Source: a candidate division FCPU426 bacterium (GTDB lineage: Bacteria > Oederibacteriota > Muellerivitia > Muellerivitales > Muellerivitaceae). From it: DNA of 64,000 bases. The notes under the pieces were generated by a model that worked only from the letters and a program-made list of their open reading frames with translations, did not search any database and was not told the DNA's origin. A program made the position numbers and the translations under genes. Below, piece after piece: positions 19,964-30,632 of this stretch. Each line of letters opens with the position of its first letter. The first letter of the stretch is position 1. The DNA lies in NCBI GenBank assembly GCA_963719085.1, contig CAVRAL010000001.1:128001-192000 (forward strand), in the 5' to 3' direction.

Positions 19964-21733
19964 ATGGCCACGAAGTCCAAGCAGATGAAAACCGGAGCCC
20001 AAATGATTGTGGATATCCTCATTGATGAGGGTGTCACGATGGCTTGGGGCGTGACAGGCGGAGCGATCCTGCCCGTTTATGACGCCTTGTACCAAAGCGG
20101 GGACAAGATCAAACTTTTCGACACCCGCCATGAGCAAGGCGCGGTGCATATGGCCGAAGGCTACGCCAAGTCCACCGGCAAGGTGGGAGTTTGCGTGGTC
20201 ACGTCCGGCCCCGGCGCCACCAACATCGTCACCGGTTTGGCCGACGCTTATATGGACTCGGTGCCCTTGGTGGCCATCACGGGCCAAGTGCCGACCGCGC
20301 TTATTGGAACCGATGGGTTTCAAGAAGCGGACGTGGTGGGCATCACCCGTTCCTGCACCAAGCACAATTACCTGGTGAAAAATATCCAGGAGCTGCCCCA
20401 AATCGTGCGCGACGCTTTTTTCATCGCCCGCACCGGAAGGCCGGGTCCGGTCTTGATCGACATCCCGAAGGACATCGCCGCGGCCTCAGCCGAGGTGGAG
20501 ATCCCGAAGAAGGCCTCGATTCCTTTGTCGAAGTTCGTGCCGACTCCGGATATAAGCCAAATCGATAAGATCGCCGAGCTTTTGAAGCACGCCAAGCGTC
20601 CCTTGATCTACGCCGGCGGCGGCGTCATTAACGCGGGGGCCTCGGAAGAACTTTATAAGTTCGCCCGCAAAACCAACATCCCGGTGACCTTGACCCTGAT
20701 GGGCCTGGGCGCTTATCCGGCCACCGACCGCCAGTTCATCGACATGTTGGGCATGCACGGTTCTTACCGCGCCAACATGGCCCTGACCTATTGCGATTTA
20801 CTCATCGCCATCGGAAGCCGTTTCGACGACCGGGTGACGGGTAAACTGAGCGAGTTTTCGCCGAACTCGAAAAAGGTGCACATCGACGTGGACCCGACTT
20901 CCATCGGCAAAAACGTGAAGGTGGACGCCCACGTGCTGGGCGACATGAAGTTCATCCTCAAGGACCTGACCAAAAAGGCGGGCACGAAGGAATACGAAGC
21001 TTGGTACAACGAATTGGACGGCTGGAAGAGCAAGCATCCCTTGGCTTACAAGCAGGATCCCAAGGGAACGGTTTTGCCGCAGTTCGCCATCGATGAAATT
21101 TACCGTATCACCAAGGGCGACGCTTATGTGGCCACCGAAGTGGGCCAGCATCAGATGTGGGCGGCGCAATATTACAAGTTCAACAAACCCCGCCGTTGGC
21201 TGACCTCGGGCGGTTTGGGAACCATGGGTTTTGGTTTTCCCGCGGCCATTGGCGCGGCCTTCGCCCATCCGAACGCCACGGTGATTGACATCGCCGGCGA
21301 CGGTAGTTTCCAGATGACGCTGCAGGAATTGGCCATCGTGAAGGAACACAACCTGAACGTGAAGACCATCGTCATCAATAACAAGTTCATGGGCATGGTC
21401 AAGCAATGGCAGGACTTGTTCTTTGACAAGCGTTACGCGGCCACCTCGATCCCCGCCCAGCCGGATTTCGTGAAATTGGCGGAGGCTTACGGCATCGCGG
21501 GTTACCGCGCCAATACGCCCAAGGAAACCACCCAGGTGCTGGAAGAGGCCCTGTTGAAAAAAGGCCCCTGCATCGTGGATGTGGTGGTGGACGCCGAGGA
21601 GCATGTGTATCCCATGGTTCCGGCCGGCGGCGCGGTGAAGGACATCGTGCTTTCCAAAGCCCATCAGCTTGAGAAAATGATAGCCGCTAAAAACGACAAG
21701 GGTCCCAAGAAGCCGACCCAGGTCCACCTGTAA
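19964..21733 (+). CDS. ilvB: acetolactate synthase large subunit
   Basis: RHEQGAVHMAEGYA, TSGPGATN, GMHG, TPP motif GDGSFQM..N; AGGAG SD. Confidence 0.96.
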   Translation: MATKSKQMKTGAQMIVDILIDEGVTMAWGVTGGAILPVYDALYQSGDKIKLFDTRHEQGAVHMAEGYAKSTGKVGVCVVTSGPGATNIVTGLADAYMDSVPLVAITGQVPTALIGTDGFQEADVVGITRSCTKHNYLVKNIQELPQIVRDAFFIARTGRPGPVLIDIPKDIAAASAEVEIPKKASIPLSKFVPTPDISQIDKIAELLKHAKRPLIYAGGGVINAGASEELYKFARKTNIPVTLTLMGLGAYPATDRQFIDMLGMHGSYRANMALTYCDLLIAIGSRFDDRVTGKLSEFSPNSKKVHIDVDPTSIGKNVKVDAHVLGDMKFILKDLTKKAGTKEYEAWYNELDGWKSKHPLAYKQDPKGTVLPQFAIDEIYRITKGDAYVATEVGQHQMWAAQYYKFNKPRRWLTSGGLGTMGFGFPAAIGAAFAHPNATVIDIAGDGSFQMTLQELAIVKEHNLNVKTIVINNKFMGMVKQWQDLFFDKRYAATSIPAQPDFVKLAEAYGIAGYRANTPKETTQVLEEALLKKGPCIVDVVVDAEEHVYPMVPAGGAVKDIVLSKAHQLEKMIAAKNDKGPKKPTQVHL

Positions 21734-21756
21734 CCCTTAACAACGAAAGGTCAAAC

Positions 21757-22299
21757 ATGCGACATACTATTTCAGTTTTGGTGAACAACCACGCGGGCGT
21801 GTTGTCCCGCGTGTCCAACCTCTTCTCGGCCCGGGGCTATAACATCGACAGCTTGGTGGTCGGCGTGACCGACAACCCGAAAGTTTCCCGCATCACCATC
21901 GTGGTGAAGGGCGACGAGCGGATCATCGACCAGGTGGAAAAACAGCTCAACAAGCTGATTGACGTCATCAAGGTGTTTGATTTGACGCACGACGATTTTA
22001 TCGCCCGGGACCTGGCCTTGATCAAGGTGAAGGCCGAGGCGCACACCCGCAGCCAGGTGATGGAAATCGTCCAATGCTTTGACGGGAAGATCGTGGACGT
22101 GGCTTTGAAGAGTTTCATTATTGAGGTGACGGGCAAGGAAAGCAAAATCAACGCCATGGTGGAGCTTTTAAGCAACTATGGCATTTTGGAGCTGGTCCGA
22201 ACGGGGGAAGTGGCCATTTCCCGCGGCAAGAAGGTGGCGGAAGAGGAAGGCTCGAAAGTGAAAGTGAAGGCGGGCAAAGCCGGCCAATCGAATCTGTAA
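21757..22299 (+). CDS. ilvN: acetolactate synthase small subunit
   Basis: ACT domain: N..GVLSRVSNLFSARGYNIDSL; QLNKLIDV; RTG. Confidence 0.95.
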   Translation: MRHTISVLVNNHAGVLSRVSNLFSARGYNIDSLVVGVTDNPKVSRITIVVKGDERIIDQVEKQLNKLIDVIKVFDLTHDDFIARDLALIKVKAEAHTRSQVMEIVQCFDGKIVDVALKSFIIEVTGKESKINAMVELLSNYGILELVRTGEVAISRGKKVAEEEGSKVKVKAGKAGQSNL

Positions 22300-22313
22300 A
22301 AATAAAGGAATTG

Positions 22314-22411
22314 AACCACAGAGTTAACGGAGTTACGCGGAGTTAAGAATAAAAAAAATTAGTAGAGAGCTGAAAATCTTTACTCGGTTCCCTCGGTGTA
22401 ACTCTGTGTTT
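22314..22411. repeat. REP-like inverted repeat, CAGAG/CGGAG periodic family (copy B1)
   Basis: AACCACAGAGTTAACGGAGTTACGCGGAG ... CTCGGTTCCCTCGGTGTAACTCTGTGTTT. Confidence 0.65.
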
Positions 22412-22461
22412 AAGGTTTTTGCCGGAAGTTGAAACCGAAACAAAATTTCAAGGAGAAGCAA

Positions 22462-23457
22462 ATGCCGAAGATTTACTACGAACAAGACGCCGATTTAAAC
22501 GCGCTTAAGGGGAAGACCATCGCCGTCATCGGTTATGGCAATCAAGGCCGCAACCAAGCCCTGAATCTGAAGGATTCGGGAATCACGGTCATCATTGGCG
22601 CGCGCTCGGAAAAGACCAAGGCCCAAGCCAAGGCGGACGGCATCCCGGCTTATGACGCCAAGGAAGCGGCGGCCAAGGCCGACATCATCCAGATCTTGAT
22701 CCAGGATGACCTGCAGGGAAGCCTCTATAAAAACGACATCCTGCCGGGCCTGAAGGCCGGGAAGGCCATCATGTTCTCGCACGGCTTCAATATCCACTTC
22801 GGCCAGATCCTGCCCCCGGCGGACATCGACGTGTTCATGATCGCTCCCAAGGGTCCGGGCCATTTGGTGCGCACCACTTACGTGGAAGGCAAAGGCGTTC
22901 CGGCGCTGGTCGCCATCCATCAAAACGCCACGGGCAACGCCTTGAAACTGGCTTTGGCCTATGGAAAAGCCATCGGCGCCAGCCGCGCGGGTGTTTTGGA
23001 GACGACCTTTAAAGAAGAGACGGAGACCGACTTGTTCGGCGAGCAAGTGGTTTTGTGCGGCGGATTGTCCGAACTCATCCGCTCCGGTTTCGAGACCTTG
23101 GTCAACGCGGGCTATCAGCCTGAGGTGGCCTATTTCGAGTGCCTGCACGAAGTGAAGCTGATCGTGGATCTTATTTATGAGAAGGGCATCACGGGCATGC
23201 GCGACGCCATCTCCACGACCGCCAAGTACGGGGATATCACCCGCGGCCGCCGCATCGTGACCGAGCAGACGCGCGCCGAGATGCGCCGGATCTTGAGCGA
23301 AATTCAGACGGGCCTTTTCGCCCGGGAATTCGTCTTGGAAAACCAGGCCAATCGACCCGTGTACAATTCGGTGTTGAAGATCGATTCCGAGCATCTGATC
23401 GAAAAAGTCGGCAAACAAGTGCGCAGCATGTTCAGCTGGCTGAAAGATAAAAAGTAA
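22462..23457 (+). CDS. ilvC: ketol-acid reductoisomerase
   Basis: [35 protein letters not shown]. Confidence 0.97.
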   Translation: MPKIYYEQDADLNALKGKTIAVIGYGNQGRNQALNLKDSGITVIIGARSEKTKAQAKADGIPAYDAKEAAAKADIIQILIQDDLQGSLYKNDILPGLKAGKAIMFSHGFNIHFGQILPPADIDVFMIAPKGPGHLVRTTYVEGKGVPALVAIHQNATGNALKLALAYGKAIGASRAGVLETTFKEETETDLFGEQVVLCGGLSELIRSGFETLVNAGYQPEVAYFECLHEVKLIVDLIYEKGITGMRDAISTTAKYGDITRGRRIVTEQTRAEMRRILSEIQTGLFAREFVLENQANRPVYNSVLKIDSEHLIEKVGKQVRSMFSWLKDKK

Positions 23458-23462
23458 AGTTA

Positions 23463-23499
23463 AAGACCGGGCTGGGCCCTAAGGCCCAGCCGGTTTTTT
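23463..23499 (+). terminator. intrinsic terminator after ilvC
   Basis: GGCTGGGCC-CTAA-GGCCCAGCC plus T-run. Confidence 0.65.
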
Positions 23500-23510
23500 G
23501 AAGGGATAAC

Positions 23511-24191
23511 ATGAGACTGCCATTTATGAAGGAAACCTGGAGCATGGTCCTGCCGACTTTGGCGGCGGCCGCGGCCTTTTTTGTTTTGGCCTGCCTGAAG
23601 CCTTTTTGGCTGTGGGCGGCGCTGGGTTTGGTGGTCCTTGTTTTGGCCCTGCTCATGTTGAATTTTTTCAGGGATTTCGAGAGACGGCCGGCCGCCGTAC
23701 CGGGACCGCGGGAAGTTTTGAGCCCGGCGGACGGTAAGATCGTGGTTCTCAAGAAAACCGTGGAAAAGTTCCACATGAAGAAGCCCATGATCCATATCGC
23801 CATATTCATGAATCCGCTGAACAACCATGTCCAACGGATGCCTTTTGACGGCAAGGTGGTGAAGAAGGTTTATCACCCCGGCGAGTTTTTGGCCGCTTAT
23901 GACGACAAGGCGGACCTGGTGAATGAACAGGCCCACTTGGTTTTGGAGCTGGATAAGAAAAAAGGCATGAAGGCCAAACCCCGGGTCGTGGTCAAACAAA
24001 TCGCCGGGCTTCTGTGCCGCCGGGTTAAAACCGATCCCAAACCGGGCGCGCGTTTGAAACGGGGACAGCGTTTTGGCCGGATTCTTTTGGGATCACGGGT
24101 CGATTTGTTTTTGCCGGTCGGGTTTAAGGCCGCGGTTAAAAATGGCGACCAGGTTCGGGCTGGTTTGACCGTGCTGGGAGAATTGTCATGA
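23511..24191 (+). CDS. psd: phosphatidylserine decarboxylase proenzyme
   Basis: FFRD, SPADG, IFM...HVQR.P, QIAG..RR, GSRVD self-cleavage motif. Confidence 0.9.
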   Translation: MRLPFMKETWSMVLPTLAAAAAFFVLACLKPFWLWAALGLVVLVLALLMLNFFRDFERRPAAVPGPREVLSPADGKIVVLKKTVEKFHMKKPMIHIAIFMNPLNNHVQRMPFDGKVVKKVYHPGEFLAAYDDKADLVNEQAHLVLELDKKKGMKAKPRVVVKQIAGLLCRRVKTDPKPGARLKRGQRFGRILLGSRVDLFLPVGFKAAVKNGDQVRAGLTVLGELS

Positions 24192-25051
24192 GCGCGATGA
24201 AGGCCAAGCCCAGCCAAGCCAAGCAAAACGCCAATTCGCGTTTGCGCAAATCCATTTACCTGCTGCCCAATCTCTTGACCGCCGCCAATATGGTGTTCGG
24301 TATCCTGTCGATTACTTATTCCATTCAGGATTCACTGACCTTGATGGCGTCGGACAACAGCTCGATTTTGCCCTTTGTGCTGCCGGCCAAACTGATCTTG
24401 GTCTCGATCTTTTTGGATTTCATGGATGGCCGGGTGGCGCGCGCCACCGGCACCACCAGTAAGTTCGGGATGGAATTTGACAGCCTGTCGGATCTGATCA
24501 GCTTCGGCATGGCGCCGGCAATCCTCATTTATCTGTCGGTCCTGCGCTACCTTTCGGTGTGGGGAATCGCGATCACCATCTTTTACGTGGTCTGCGCGGC
24601 GATCCGCCTGGCCCGTTTCAATGTCCAATCCCAAGTCGAGGAAAAGGACCACTTTACCGGATTGCCCAGCCCCGCGGCGGCCGGACTTTTGGCCAGTTAC
24701 GTGCTTTTGTCCCGTTGGGCCGGTTGGTACGGCAAGGGCGTCATCTTGAACAAGGTGATGGGTTGGTATGAGGAAAACATCAGCTTGTGGGAACAAACCA
24801 TTATCCCGGTGATGACCGTGGTGATCGCTTTGGTCATGATCTCCACCATCGCTTATCCCAGCCTTAAAAAATGGAAGCGCGAAACCATTAAGCCCATTAC
24901 GCTGGGTATTGTGGCGCTCATGATTTTTTGCCTGGTTTACGTGTACGAATTCACCGCCTTCGCCCTTTTGGCTTTTTATCTGCTGTGGGGCATTTTCCGC
25001 ATGTTCACGCGTAAAGGCGCCGAGCGATTACGACCCAAACCGACGTCGTAG
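24188..25051 (+). CDS. pssA: CDP-diacylglycerol--serine O-phosphatidyltransferase
   Basis: LPNLLT; D..DGRVAR....S.FG.EFDSLSD; RLARFN; F.GLP.P. Confidence 0.92.
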   Translation: MSAMKAKPSQAKQNANSRLRKSIYLLPNLLTAANMVFGILSITYSIQDSLTLMASDNSSILPFVLPAKLILVSIFLDFMDGRVARATGTTSKFGMEFDSLSDLISFGMAPAILIYLSVLRYLSVWGIAITIFYVVCAAIRLARFNVQSQVEEKDHFTGLPSPAAAGLLASYVLLSRWAGWYGKGVILNKVMGWYEENISLWEQTIIPVMTVVIALVMISTIAYPSLKKWKRETIKPITLGIVALMIFCLVYVYEFTAFALLAFYLLWGIFRMFTRKGAERLRPKPTS

Positions 25052-25095
25052 GACCGGCTAAGGCCGTTTGAAGTTTGAAAGAACCAAACCCGCTG

Positions 25096-25188
25096 TTCAC
25101 CACCAAGGCACAAAGACACCAAGAAAATCTTGGGGAAATGACATCAAAAAAATTGCCGTCCTTGGCGCCTTAGTGTCTTGGTGGTGAA
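25096..25188. repeat. REP-like inverted repeat, CCAAG periodic family (copy A1)
   Basis: TTCACCACCAAGGCACAAAGACACCAAG ... CTTGGCGCCTTAGTGTCTTGGTGGTGAA. Confidence 0.8.
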
Positions 25189-25229
25189 AATAATTATCCT
25201 CTGATTTTTATTGAGTAAAGGAAAAAAAC

Positions 25230-26834
25230 ATGAAGACCCAAAAACCCAAAGTAGCAAAAACCCCGGAGACCGTTAAAAGTGAACGCGTTTTTATTTTTGA
25301 CACCACCCTGCGCGATGGGGAGCAGGCGCCGGGTGCCAGCTTGAACACCGACGAAAAACTGAAGATCGCCGCCCAATTGGAAAAACTGGGAGTGGATATT
25401 ATCGAGGCCGGATTCGCGGCTTCGTCCCCCGGTGATTTCGAGGCGGTGGAAAAAGTCTCCAAACTGGTCAAAAAATCCATCGTGGCCAGTCTGTGCCGGG
25501 CTTTGAAAAAAGATATCGACGCCGCCGCCAAGGCGCTGAAGAACGCCAAGCGGGGCCGCATCCACATTTTCATTTCCTCGTCCGACATCCATTTGAAGCA
25601 CATTTTCCGCAAGACCCGGGAAGAGGCTTTGGAGGCCGCCGTGGAAGCGGTCAAATACGCCCGGAAATTTTCCGACGACATCGAGTTTTCCGCCCAGGAC
25701 GCGTCACGGTCGGATCTGGGATACCTGTGCCAGATGATGGAGGCGGTCATCAAGGCCGGCGCCAAAACCATCAATATGCCCGACACCGTGGGCTACACGA
25801 TCCCTGAGGAATACGCCCGGATGGTAACGGTGGTGAAAAACCGCGTGCCCAACATCGACAAGGCGGTCATTTCGGTCCATTGCCACAATGATTTGGGCCT
25901 GGGGGTCGCTAATTCGATCTCCGCCATCCAAGCGGGCGCCCGCCAAGTGGAATGCACCATCAACGGGATCGGGGAGCGCGCGGGCAACGCGAGTCTGGAA
26001 GAAATCGTGATGGCCTTGAAGACCCGGTCGGACAAGTATCCCTTTTCCACCGGCATCAAGACGACCGAGATCTATAAAACCAGCCGCCTGGTCTCGAGCC
26101 TGACCGGTTTTATTTTGCAGCCCAACAAGGCGATCGTCGGCAACAACGCCTTCGCCCATGAGAGCGGCATCCACCAGGACGGCATGCTCAAATACCGACA
26201 GACCTACGAGATCATGACGCCGCAGGAAATCGGTGTTCCGGAGAGCCGGCTGGTTTTGGGCAAACACTCGGGCCGCCACGCTTTCGGCAAGCGGATTGAG
26301 GACCTGGGCTACAACCTGTCCCAAGAGGCCGTCGAGGTCGTCTTCAATAAATTCAAAGACCTGGCGGATAAGAAAAAGAGCGTCTATGACGAGGACATCG
26401 AGGCCTTGATCGAGGAAAAACTCGAGACCGCGTCCGAGCATTATCAATTGACTTATCTGCATACCTCGGCGGGAAGCACGGCCATCCCGACGGCCACCCT
26501 GAAAGTGAAAAAGGGCGATGTGGAAACGCAGGAAGCGGCCACCGGCGACGGTCCCGTGGACGCGGTGTTCAATGCCATTGACCGGGCGACAGGTTTTAAG
26601 GGAAAGCTGGAAAACTATTCCCTCAAGGCCCTCACCCAAGGCCGGGACGCCCAGGGCGAAGTGACGGTCACGGTGGCCGTCAATGGCGACGAGGCCAATG
26701 GCCGGGGTGTTTCCACCGACGTCATCGAGGCTTCCGCCAAGGCCTACTTGAACGGCATCAACAAGCTTTTATTCAAGCACAAGACCAAAAGCGTGAAGGC
26801 GGCCTTTGAGGCGATGAAGGGTTTGAAACTTTAA
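25230..26834 (+). CDS. leuA: 2-isopropylmalate synthase
   Basis: IFDTTLRDGEQ, HCHNDLG, GIGERAGNA, HESGIHQDG, GDGPVDA regulatory domain. Confidence 0.96.
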   Translation: MKTQKPKVAKTPETVKSERVFIFDTTLRDGEQAPGASLNTDEKLKIAAQLEKLGVDIIEAGFAASSPGDFEAVEKVSKLVKKSIVASLCRALKKDIDAAAKALKNAKRGRIHIFISSSDIHLKHIFRKTREEALEAAVEAVKYARKFSDDIEFSAQDASRSDLGYLCQMMEAVIKAGAKTINMPDTVGYTIPEEYARMVTVVKNRVPNIDKAVISVHCHNDLGLGVANSISAIQAGARQVECTINGIGERAGNASLEEIVMALKTRSDKYPFSTGIKTTEIYKTSRLVSSLTGFILQPNKAIVGNNAFAHESGIHQDGMLKYRQTYEIMTPQEIGVPESRLVLGKHSGRHAFGKRIEDLGYNLSQEAVEVVFNKFKDLADKKKSVYDEDIEALIEEKLETASEHYQLTYLHTSAGSTAIPTATLKVKKGDVETQEAATGDGPVDAVFNAIDRATGFKGKLENYSLKALTQGRDAQGEVTVTVAVNGDEANGRGVSTDVIEASAKAYLNGINKLLFKHKTKSVKAAFEAMKGLKL

Positions 26835-26862
26835 GGCGGCAGTTTCGTCAAATCTATGAAAG

Positions 26863-26892
26863 AAAGGCCCGCCCGTCTGGAGCGGGCCTTTT
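26863..26892 (+). terminator. intrinsic terminator-like hairpin after leuA
   Basis: AAAGGCCCGC...GCGGGCCTTTT. Confidence 0.6.
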
Positions 26893-26913
26893 AATTACGG
26901 CAAGGGGTTTTGA

Positions 26914-27984
26914 ATGAAATTCCACATCGTTGTGTTGGCTGGAGACGGCATCGGGCCTGAAATCTGTGAGGAATCGAAAAAAGTTCTCAACCGCGTTGGG
27001 GAAATCTTCGGCCACGAGTTCGAATATGAGCCCCAAGACGCGGGCGGCGCGGCCATCGACAAATACGACACGCCATTGCCGGACCATACCCTCAAGGCCT
27101 GCCTGGCGGCCCAAGCGGTTTTGAAGGCACCCATGGGCGGTCCTAAATGGGACAAGCTCGAGAATAAAAAACGCCCGGAAGCAGGTATTTTGGGCCTTCG
27201 CAAAGGGCTCGACCTTTACGCGAATCTTCGGCCGGTCAAGCTTTTCAAAGCCCTGGAAGGGGCTTCTACTTTGAAGCCGGAAGTCATTTCGGGCGTGGAT
27301 ATGCTGATTGTGCGTGAGCTTATTTCGGGCATCTACTTCGGCGAGCCCCGGGGAATCCACGGCGAAGGAAAAGATCGTTACGGAGTGAACACCGAAATTT
27401 ACCGAACTCCCGAGGTGGAACGCATTGTGACCCTGGCTTTTGATTTGGCCCGGCTTCGCCGCAAAAAAGTCACCAGCGTGGATAAATTTAACGTGTTGGA
27501 ATCGTCGAGGCTTTGGCATGACGTGGCCGAGGAAGTATCCAAAGGCTATCCGGACGTCGCCTTCGAGCATCAGATCGTGGACAACGCGGCCATGCAGCTT
27601 ATCCTCAAACCCAAATCTTTTGACGTGATGGTGACCACCAATATGTTCGGGGATATTCTTTCCGACGAGGCTTCCATGTTGACCGGGTCTTTGGGGATGC
27701 TGCCTTCAGCCTCATTGGGTGGTAATGTGGGACTTTACGAGCCGTCCCACGGGTCCGCGCCCGATATCGCGGGAACCGGCAAAGCCAACCCCTTGGCGAT
27801 GATCCTCTCGACCGCGATGATGATGAAATATAGTTTTCATCTTCAAAAAGAATCCGACGCCATTGAATCCGCGGTGGAGAAGGTGCTAGATAAGGGACTC
27901 CGGACGTCCGATCTGGCGACCGGAAGTGAAAAAACCGTTTCGTGCCAGCAAATGGGCGCGGCGGTTGTGGCCGAGCTTAAGTAA
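26914..27984 (+). CDS. leuB: 3-isopropylmalate dehydrogenase
   Basis: [38 protein letters not shown]. Confidence 0.96.
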   Translation: MKFHIVVLAGDGIGPEICEESKKVLNRVGEIFGHEFEYEPQDAGGAAIDKYDTPLPDHTLKACLAAQAVLKAPMGGPKWDKLENKKRPEAGILGLRKGLDLYANLRPVKLFKALEGASTLKPEVISGVDMLIVRELISGIYFGEPRGIHGEGKDRYGVNTEIYRTPEVERIVTLAFDLARLRRKKVTSVDKFNVLESSRLWHDVAEEVSKGYPDVAFEHQIVDNAAMQLILKPKSFDVMVTTNMFGDILSDEASMLTGSLGMLPSASLGGNVGLYEPSHGSAPDIAGTGKANPLAMILSTAMMMKYSFHLQKESDAIESAVEKVLDKGLRTSDLATGSEKTVSCQQMGAAVVAELK

Positions 27985-27996
27985 CGGAGACTATTT

Positions 27997-28677
27997 TTGA
28001 AACGGTTCGTTTTAAATCCTAAAATCTTTGCTCTTGGATATTTCTTGGGCGGGTTTTTATTTTGGGCGCCTTCCCAAGCCGCGGCGCAGGCCACTCCCAT
28101 GGCTAGTGTCCTAGGACCCCGGGCGACCGAAGTTACCCAAGCCTTATTGGCGGCCCGCACGCCGACCCCGACGCTTTTGCCGGCTCCGACGGTGACCCCG
28201 GTGGCGGTATCCACGGCCTCACGAGGCGCTGCTATTCCTACGGTTACCCCGACGGGAACCTTGACGCCGGTCTTTATGGGAACCGCGACCGCCACCGCGA
28301 CGATCACTAGAACCAGAACGGTGACACCCACCGGAACCCCAACCGCCACCGGCACCCCCACCCCCACCCCGGGCGTCTTTCATTTTAAGATTTCACCCCA
28401 CCCGGTCCAAGGCTCGCTCCACTTTGAGTGGGGGGCCAATATGCAGTCCCAGGAAGTGGATTTGATTGTTTATACCAGCAGTTTCCGGCCGGTGCGGCGG
28501 TTCATTTTTTCGCCGGATAACCGGGTGGATTTTCTAATCCCGGGTGTCCATGAGTTTATTTGGAATGGGTTGGATGAGCAGAATCGGCCCCTTGTTCCGG
28601 GAACCTATCTTTGTTTTATCGACGTGAAGGTCCGTAAGTCCAGTTATGAGGCCAGCGGGGATTTCACCACCCCGTAA
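27997..28677 (+). CDS. secreted Thr/Pro-rich protein with C-terminal FlgD-Ig-like domain
   Basis: Signal peptide; TPTPT/TATAT repeats; PHPV...WNGLDEQNRPLVPGTY. Confidence 0.7.
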   Translation: MKRFVLNPKIFALGYFLGGFLFWAPSQAAAQATPMASVLGPRATEVTQALLAARTPTPTLLPAPTVTPVAVSTASRGAAIPTVTPTGTLTPVFMGTATATATITRTRTVTPTGTPTATGTPTPTPGVFHFKISPHPVQGSLHFEWGANMQSQEVDLIVYTSSFRPVRRFIFSPDNRVDFLIPGVHEFIWNGLDEQNRPLVPGTYLCFIDVKVRKSSYEASGDFTTP

Positions 28678-28751
28678 ATGGGGGAGAATATGCTATTATT
28701 TCCCTCCCTAAAAAGGGGCGATTCAAACAAGCTTTGAGGGTTAAGAACCAA

Positions 28752-29831
28752 ATGAAAAAGAAAAAAGTAGCCGTTATCGGCGCCACCGGCGTGGCGGGCC
28801 AGCAATTTTTGGCTTCCTTGGCCGGGCATCCCTTTTTTGAAGTTACCGCTTTGGCCGCTTCCGAGCGGTCGGCGGGGAAGACTTTCGAAAAAGCCATCAC
28901 GGACGCCTCCGGCGCGTTCCGCTGGTATTGCCAAGAGCCCTTGTCGCCGGATTTCGCCAAACTCAACGTACAGGACGCCTCCAAACTGGACGCCACCACG
29001 GTGGATCTGATTTTTACCGCCGTGGAATCGGACGCGGCGAAAGAACTGGAACCGCGTTACGCCAAAACGACCCCCGTGGTCTCGACGGCCTCCGCTTTTC
29101 GTTATGAGAAGGACGTTCCCATTTTTATTCCGGGCGTGAACCTGGACCATGACCGGTTGATCCCGATCCAAAAAAAGAACCGGGGCTGGAAAGGTTTCGT
29201 GACCCCGGTACCCAATTGCACCACGATGGGATTGGCCATGACCTTGAAGCCGCTCTATGAGGCCTTCGGGGTAAAGCAAGTTTTGATGACCTCCATGCAG
29301 GCGTTGTCCGGCGCGGGCCGTTCGCCCGGCGTCATCGGCATGGATATTTTGGATAATGTGGTTCCTTATATCCCCAAAGAAGAGGAAAAAGTGGAGTCCG
29401 AAACCCAGAAAATTTTGGGGAAGTTTGTGGGTGAGGGAATTGAGTCCGCGGTTTTCCCGGTCTCGGCGACCTGCACCCGGGTGCCGGTGATGGAAGCCCA
29501 TACGGAAGCCGTTTATGTTTCCTTGGGCCGGGCGGCCTCCGTGGAAGAAGTAAAAGAAGTCTTGAGAAGTTTCGGGAAAGATTTTACCGCCCAAGGTTTT
29601 CCTTCGGCGCCTTCCCGCTTAATTGATGTCAGTGAGGACCCTTACCGTCCCCAGCCGAGGCTTGACCGGGACCGGGAAGGCGGCATGTTGACGAGCGTGG
29701 GCCGGGTCCGTTTGGATCACGCGCTGGCCAACGGGATTAAGTATATGGTGGTTTCCCATAACACCAAAATGGGCGCGGCCAAGGGCGGAATGCTGGTGGC
29801 TGAGTATCTCGTGAAGCAGGGGCATATCTGA
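28752..29831 (+). CDS. asd: aspartate-semialdehyde dehydrogenase (archaeal/eukaryotic-like type)
   Basis: GATGVAGQ, NCTT, QALSGAG, RVPV..H, PQPRLDR, HNTKMGAAKG. Confidence 0.92.
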   Translation: MKKKKVAVIGATGVAGQQFLASLAGHPFFEVTALAASERSAGKTFEKAITDASGAFRWYCQEPLSPDFAKLNVQDASKLDATTVDLIFTAVESDAAKELEPRYAKTTPVVSTASAFRYEKDVPIFIPGVNLDHDRLIPIQKKNRGWKGFVTPVPNCTTMGLAMTLKPLYEAFGVKQVLMTSMQALSGAGRSPGVIGMDILDNVVPYIPKEEEKVESETQKILGKFVGEGIESAVFPVSATCTRVPVMEAHTEAVYVSLGRAASVEEVKEVLRSFGKDFTAQGFPSAPSRLIDVSEDPYRPQPRLDRDREGGMLTSVGRVRLDHALANGIKYMVVSHNTKMGAAKGGMLVAEYLVKQGHI

Positions 29832-29838
29832 TGTCTTG

Positions 29839-29922
29839 AAACAATGATATCGGCTGATGAAGGATGATGTTTTGAAACTGAGATTTGTCCTTATATCAGT
29901 ACCAATCAGCTTTATCATTGTT
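29839..29922. repeat. REP-like inverted repeat, CTGAT/ATGAT periodic family (copy C1)
   Basis: AACAATGATATCGGCTGATGAAGGATGAT ... ATCAGTACCAATCAGCTTTATCATTGTT. Confidence 0.6.
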
Positions 29923-29959
29923 GACTTGTTTAAATTCAGACACTTTTAGGAGGCTTCAA

Positions 29960-30472
29960 ATGCAAGAACGCAAGGGTGTGATCACGTTTAAGGGCGGACC
30001 GTTGACTTTGCTGGGACCTGAAATCAAGGTGGGGGATACCGCGCCTTCTTTTAAACTTTTGAACAATGGCTTGGCCGAAGTCAGCCTGGACCAATACAAG
30101 GGCAAAACCCTTATCCTGTCGGTGGCGCCGTCGCTCGATACCCAGGTTTGCGCTATTCAAACGCGCCGCTTCAACAAAGAAATCTCCACTTTGCCGGCGG
30201 GTGTTGAGGTTTTGACCATCACGGCGGACCTGCCTTTCGCCCAAGGCCGCTTTTGCGGGGCTGAGGGAATCACGATCACGACCTTGTCCGATCATCGCGA
30301 TATGTCTTTCGGCGACGCGTACGGCACCCATATCAAGGAATTGCGTTTGGAAGCCCGGTCGATTTTCGTGATCGGCAAAGACGGCAAGGTGAAGTATGTC
30401 GAAATCGTCAAAGAAGTGACCGACCAACCGGATTACGACAAAGCTTTGGCGGCGGCGAAGGCGAACATTTAA
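29960..30472 (+). CDS. tpx: thiol peroxidase
   Basis: PSLDT.VC..QTRRFN, DLPFAQ.RFC, PDY. Confidence 0.93.
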   Translation: MQERKGVITFKGGPLTLLGPEIKVGDTAPSFKLLNNGLAEVSLDQYKGKTLILSVAPSLDTQVCAIQTRRFNKEISTLPAGVEVLTITADLPFAQGRFCGAEGITITTLSDHRDMSFGDAYGTHIKELRLEARSIFVIGKDGKVKYVEIVKEVTDQPDYDKALAAAKANI

Positions 30473-30480
30473 TAGGAAAA

Positions 30481-30585
30481 TTTCACCGCCAAGACGCCAA
30501 GTTCGCCAAGGAAGACAAAACAAAATAAGATTTTAGATGTCTTTTTCTTAGGTTTTCTTGGCGCACTTGGCGTCTTGGCGGTAAA
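30481..30585. repeat. REP-like inverted repeat, CCAAG family (copy A2)
   Basis: TTTCACCGCCAAGACGCCAAGTTCGCCAAG ... CTTGGCGCACTTGGCGTCTTGGCGGTAAA. Confidence 0.8.
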
Positions 30586-30632
30586 TTAGGTTCGGTTTAT
30601 TTCAACACTCTTTCAGGTGGTATGCTTCCGAC

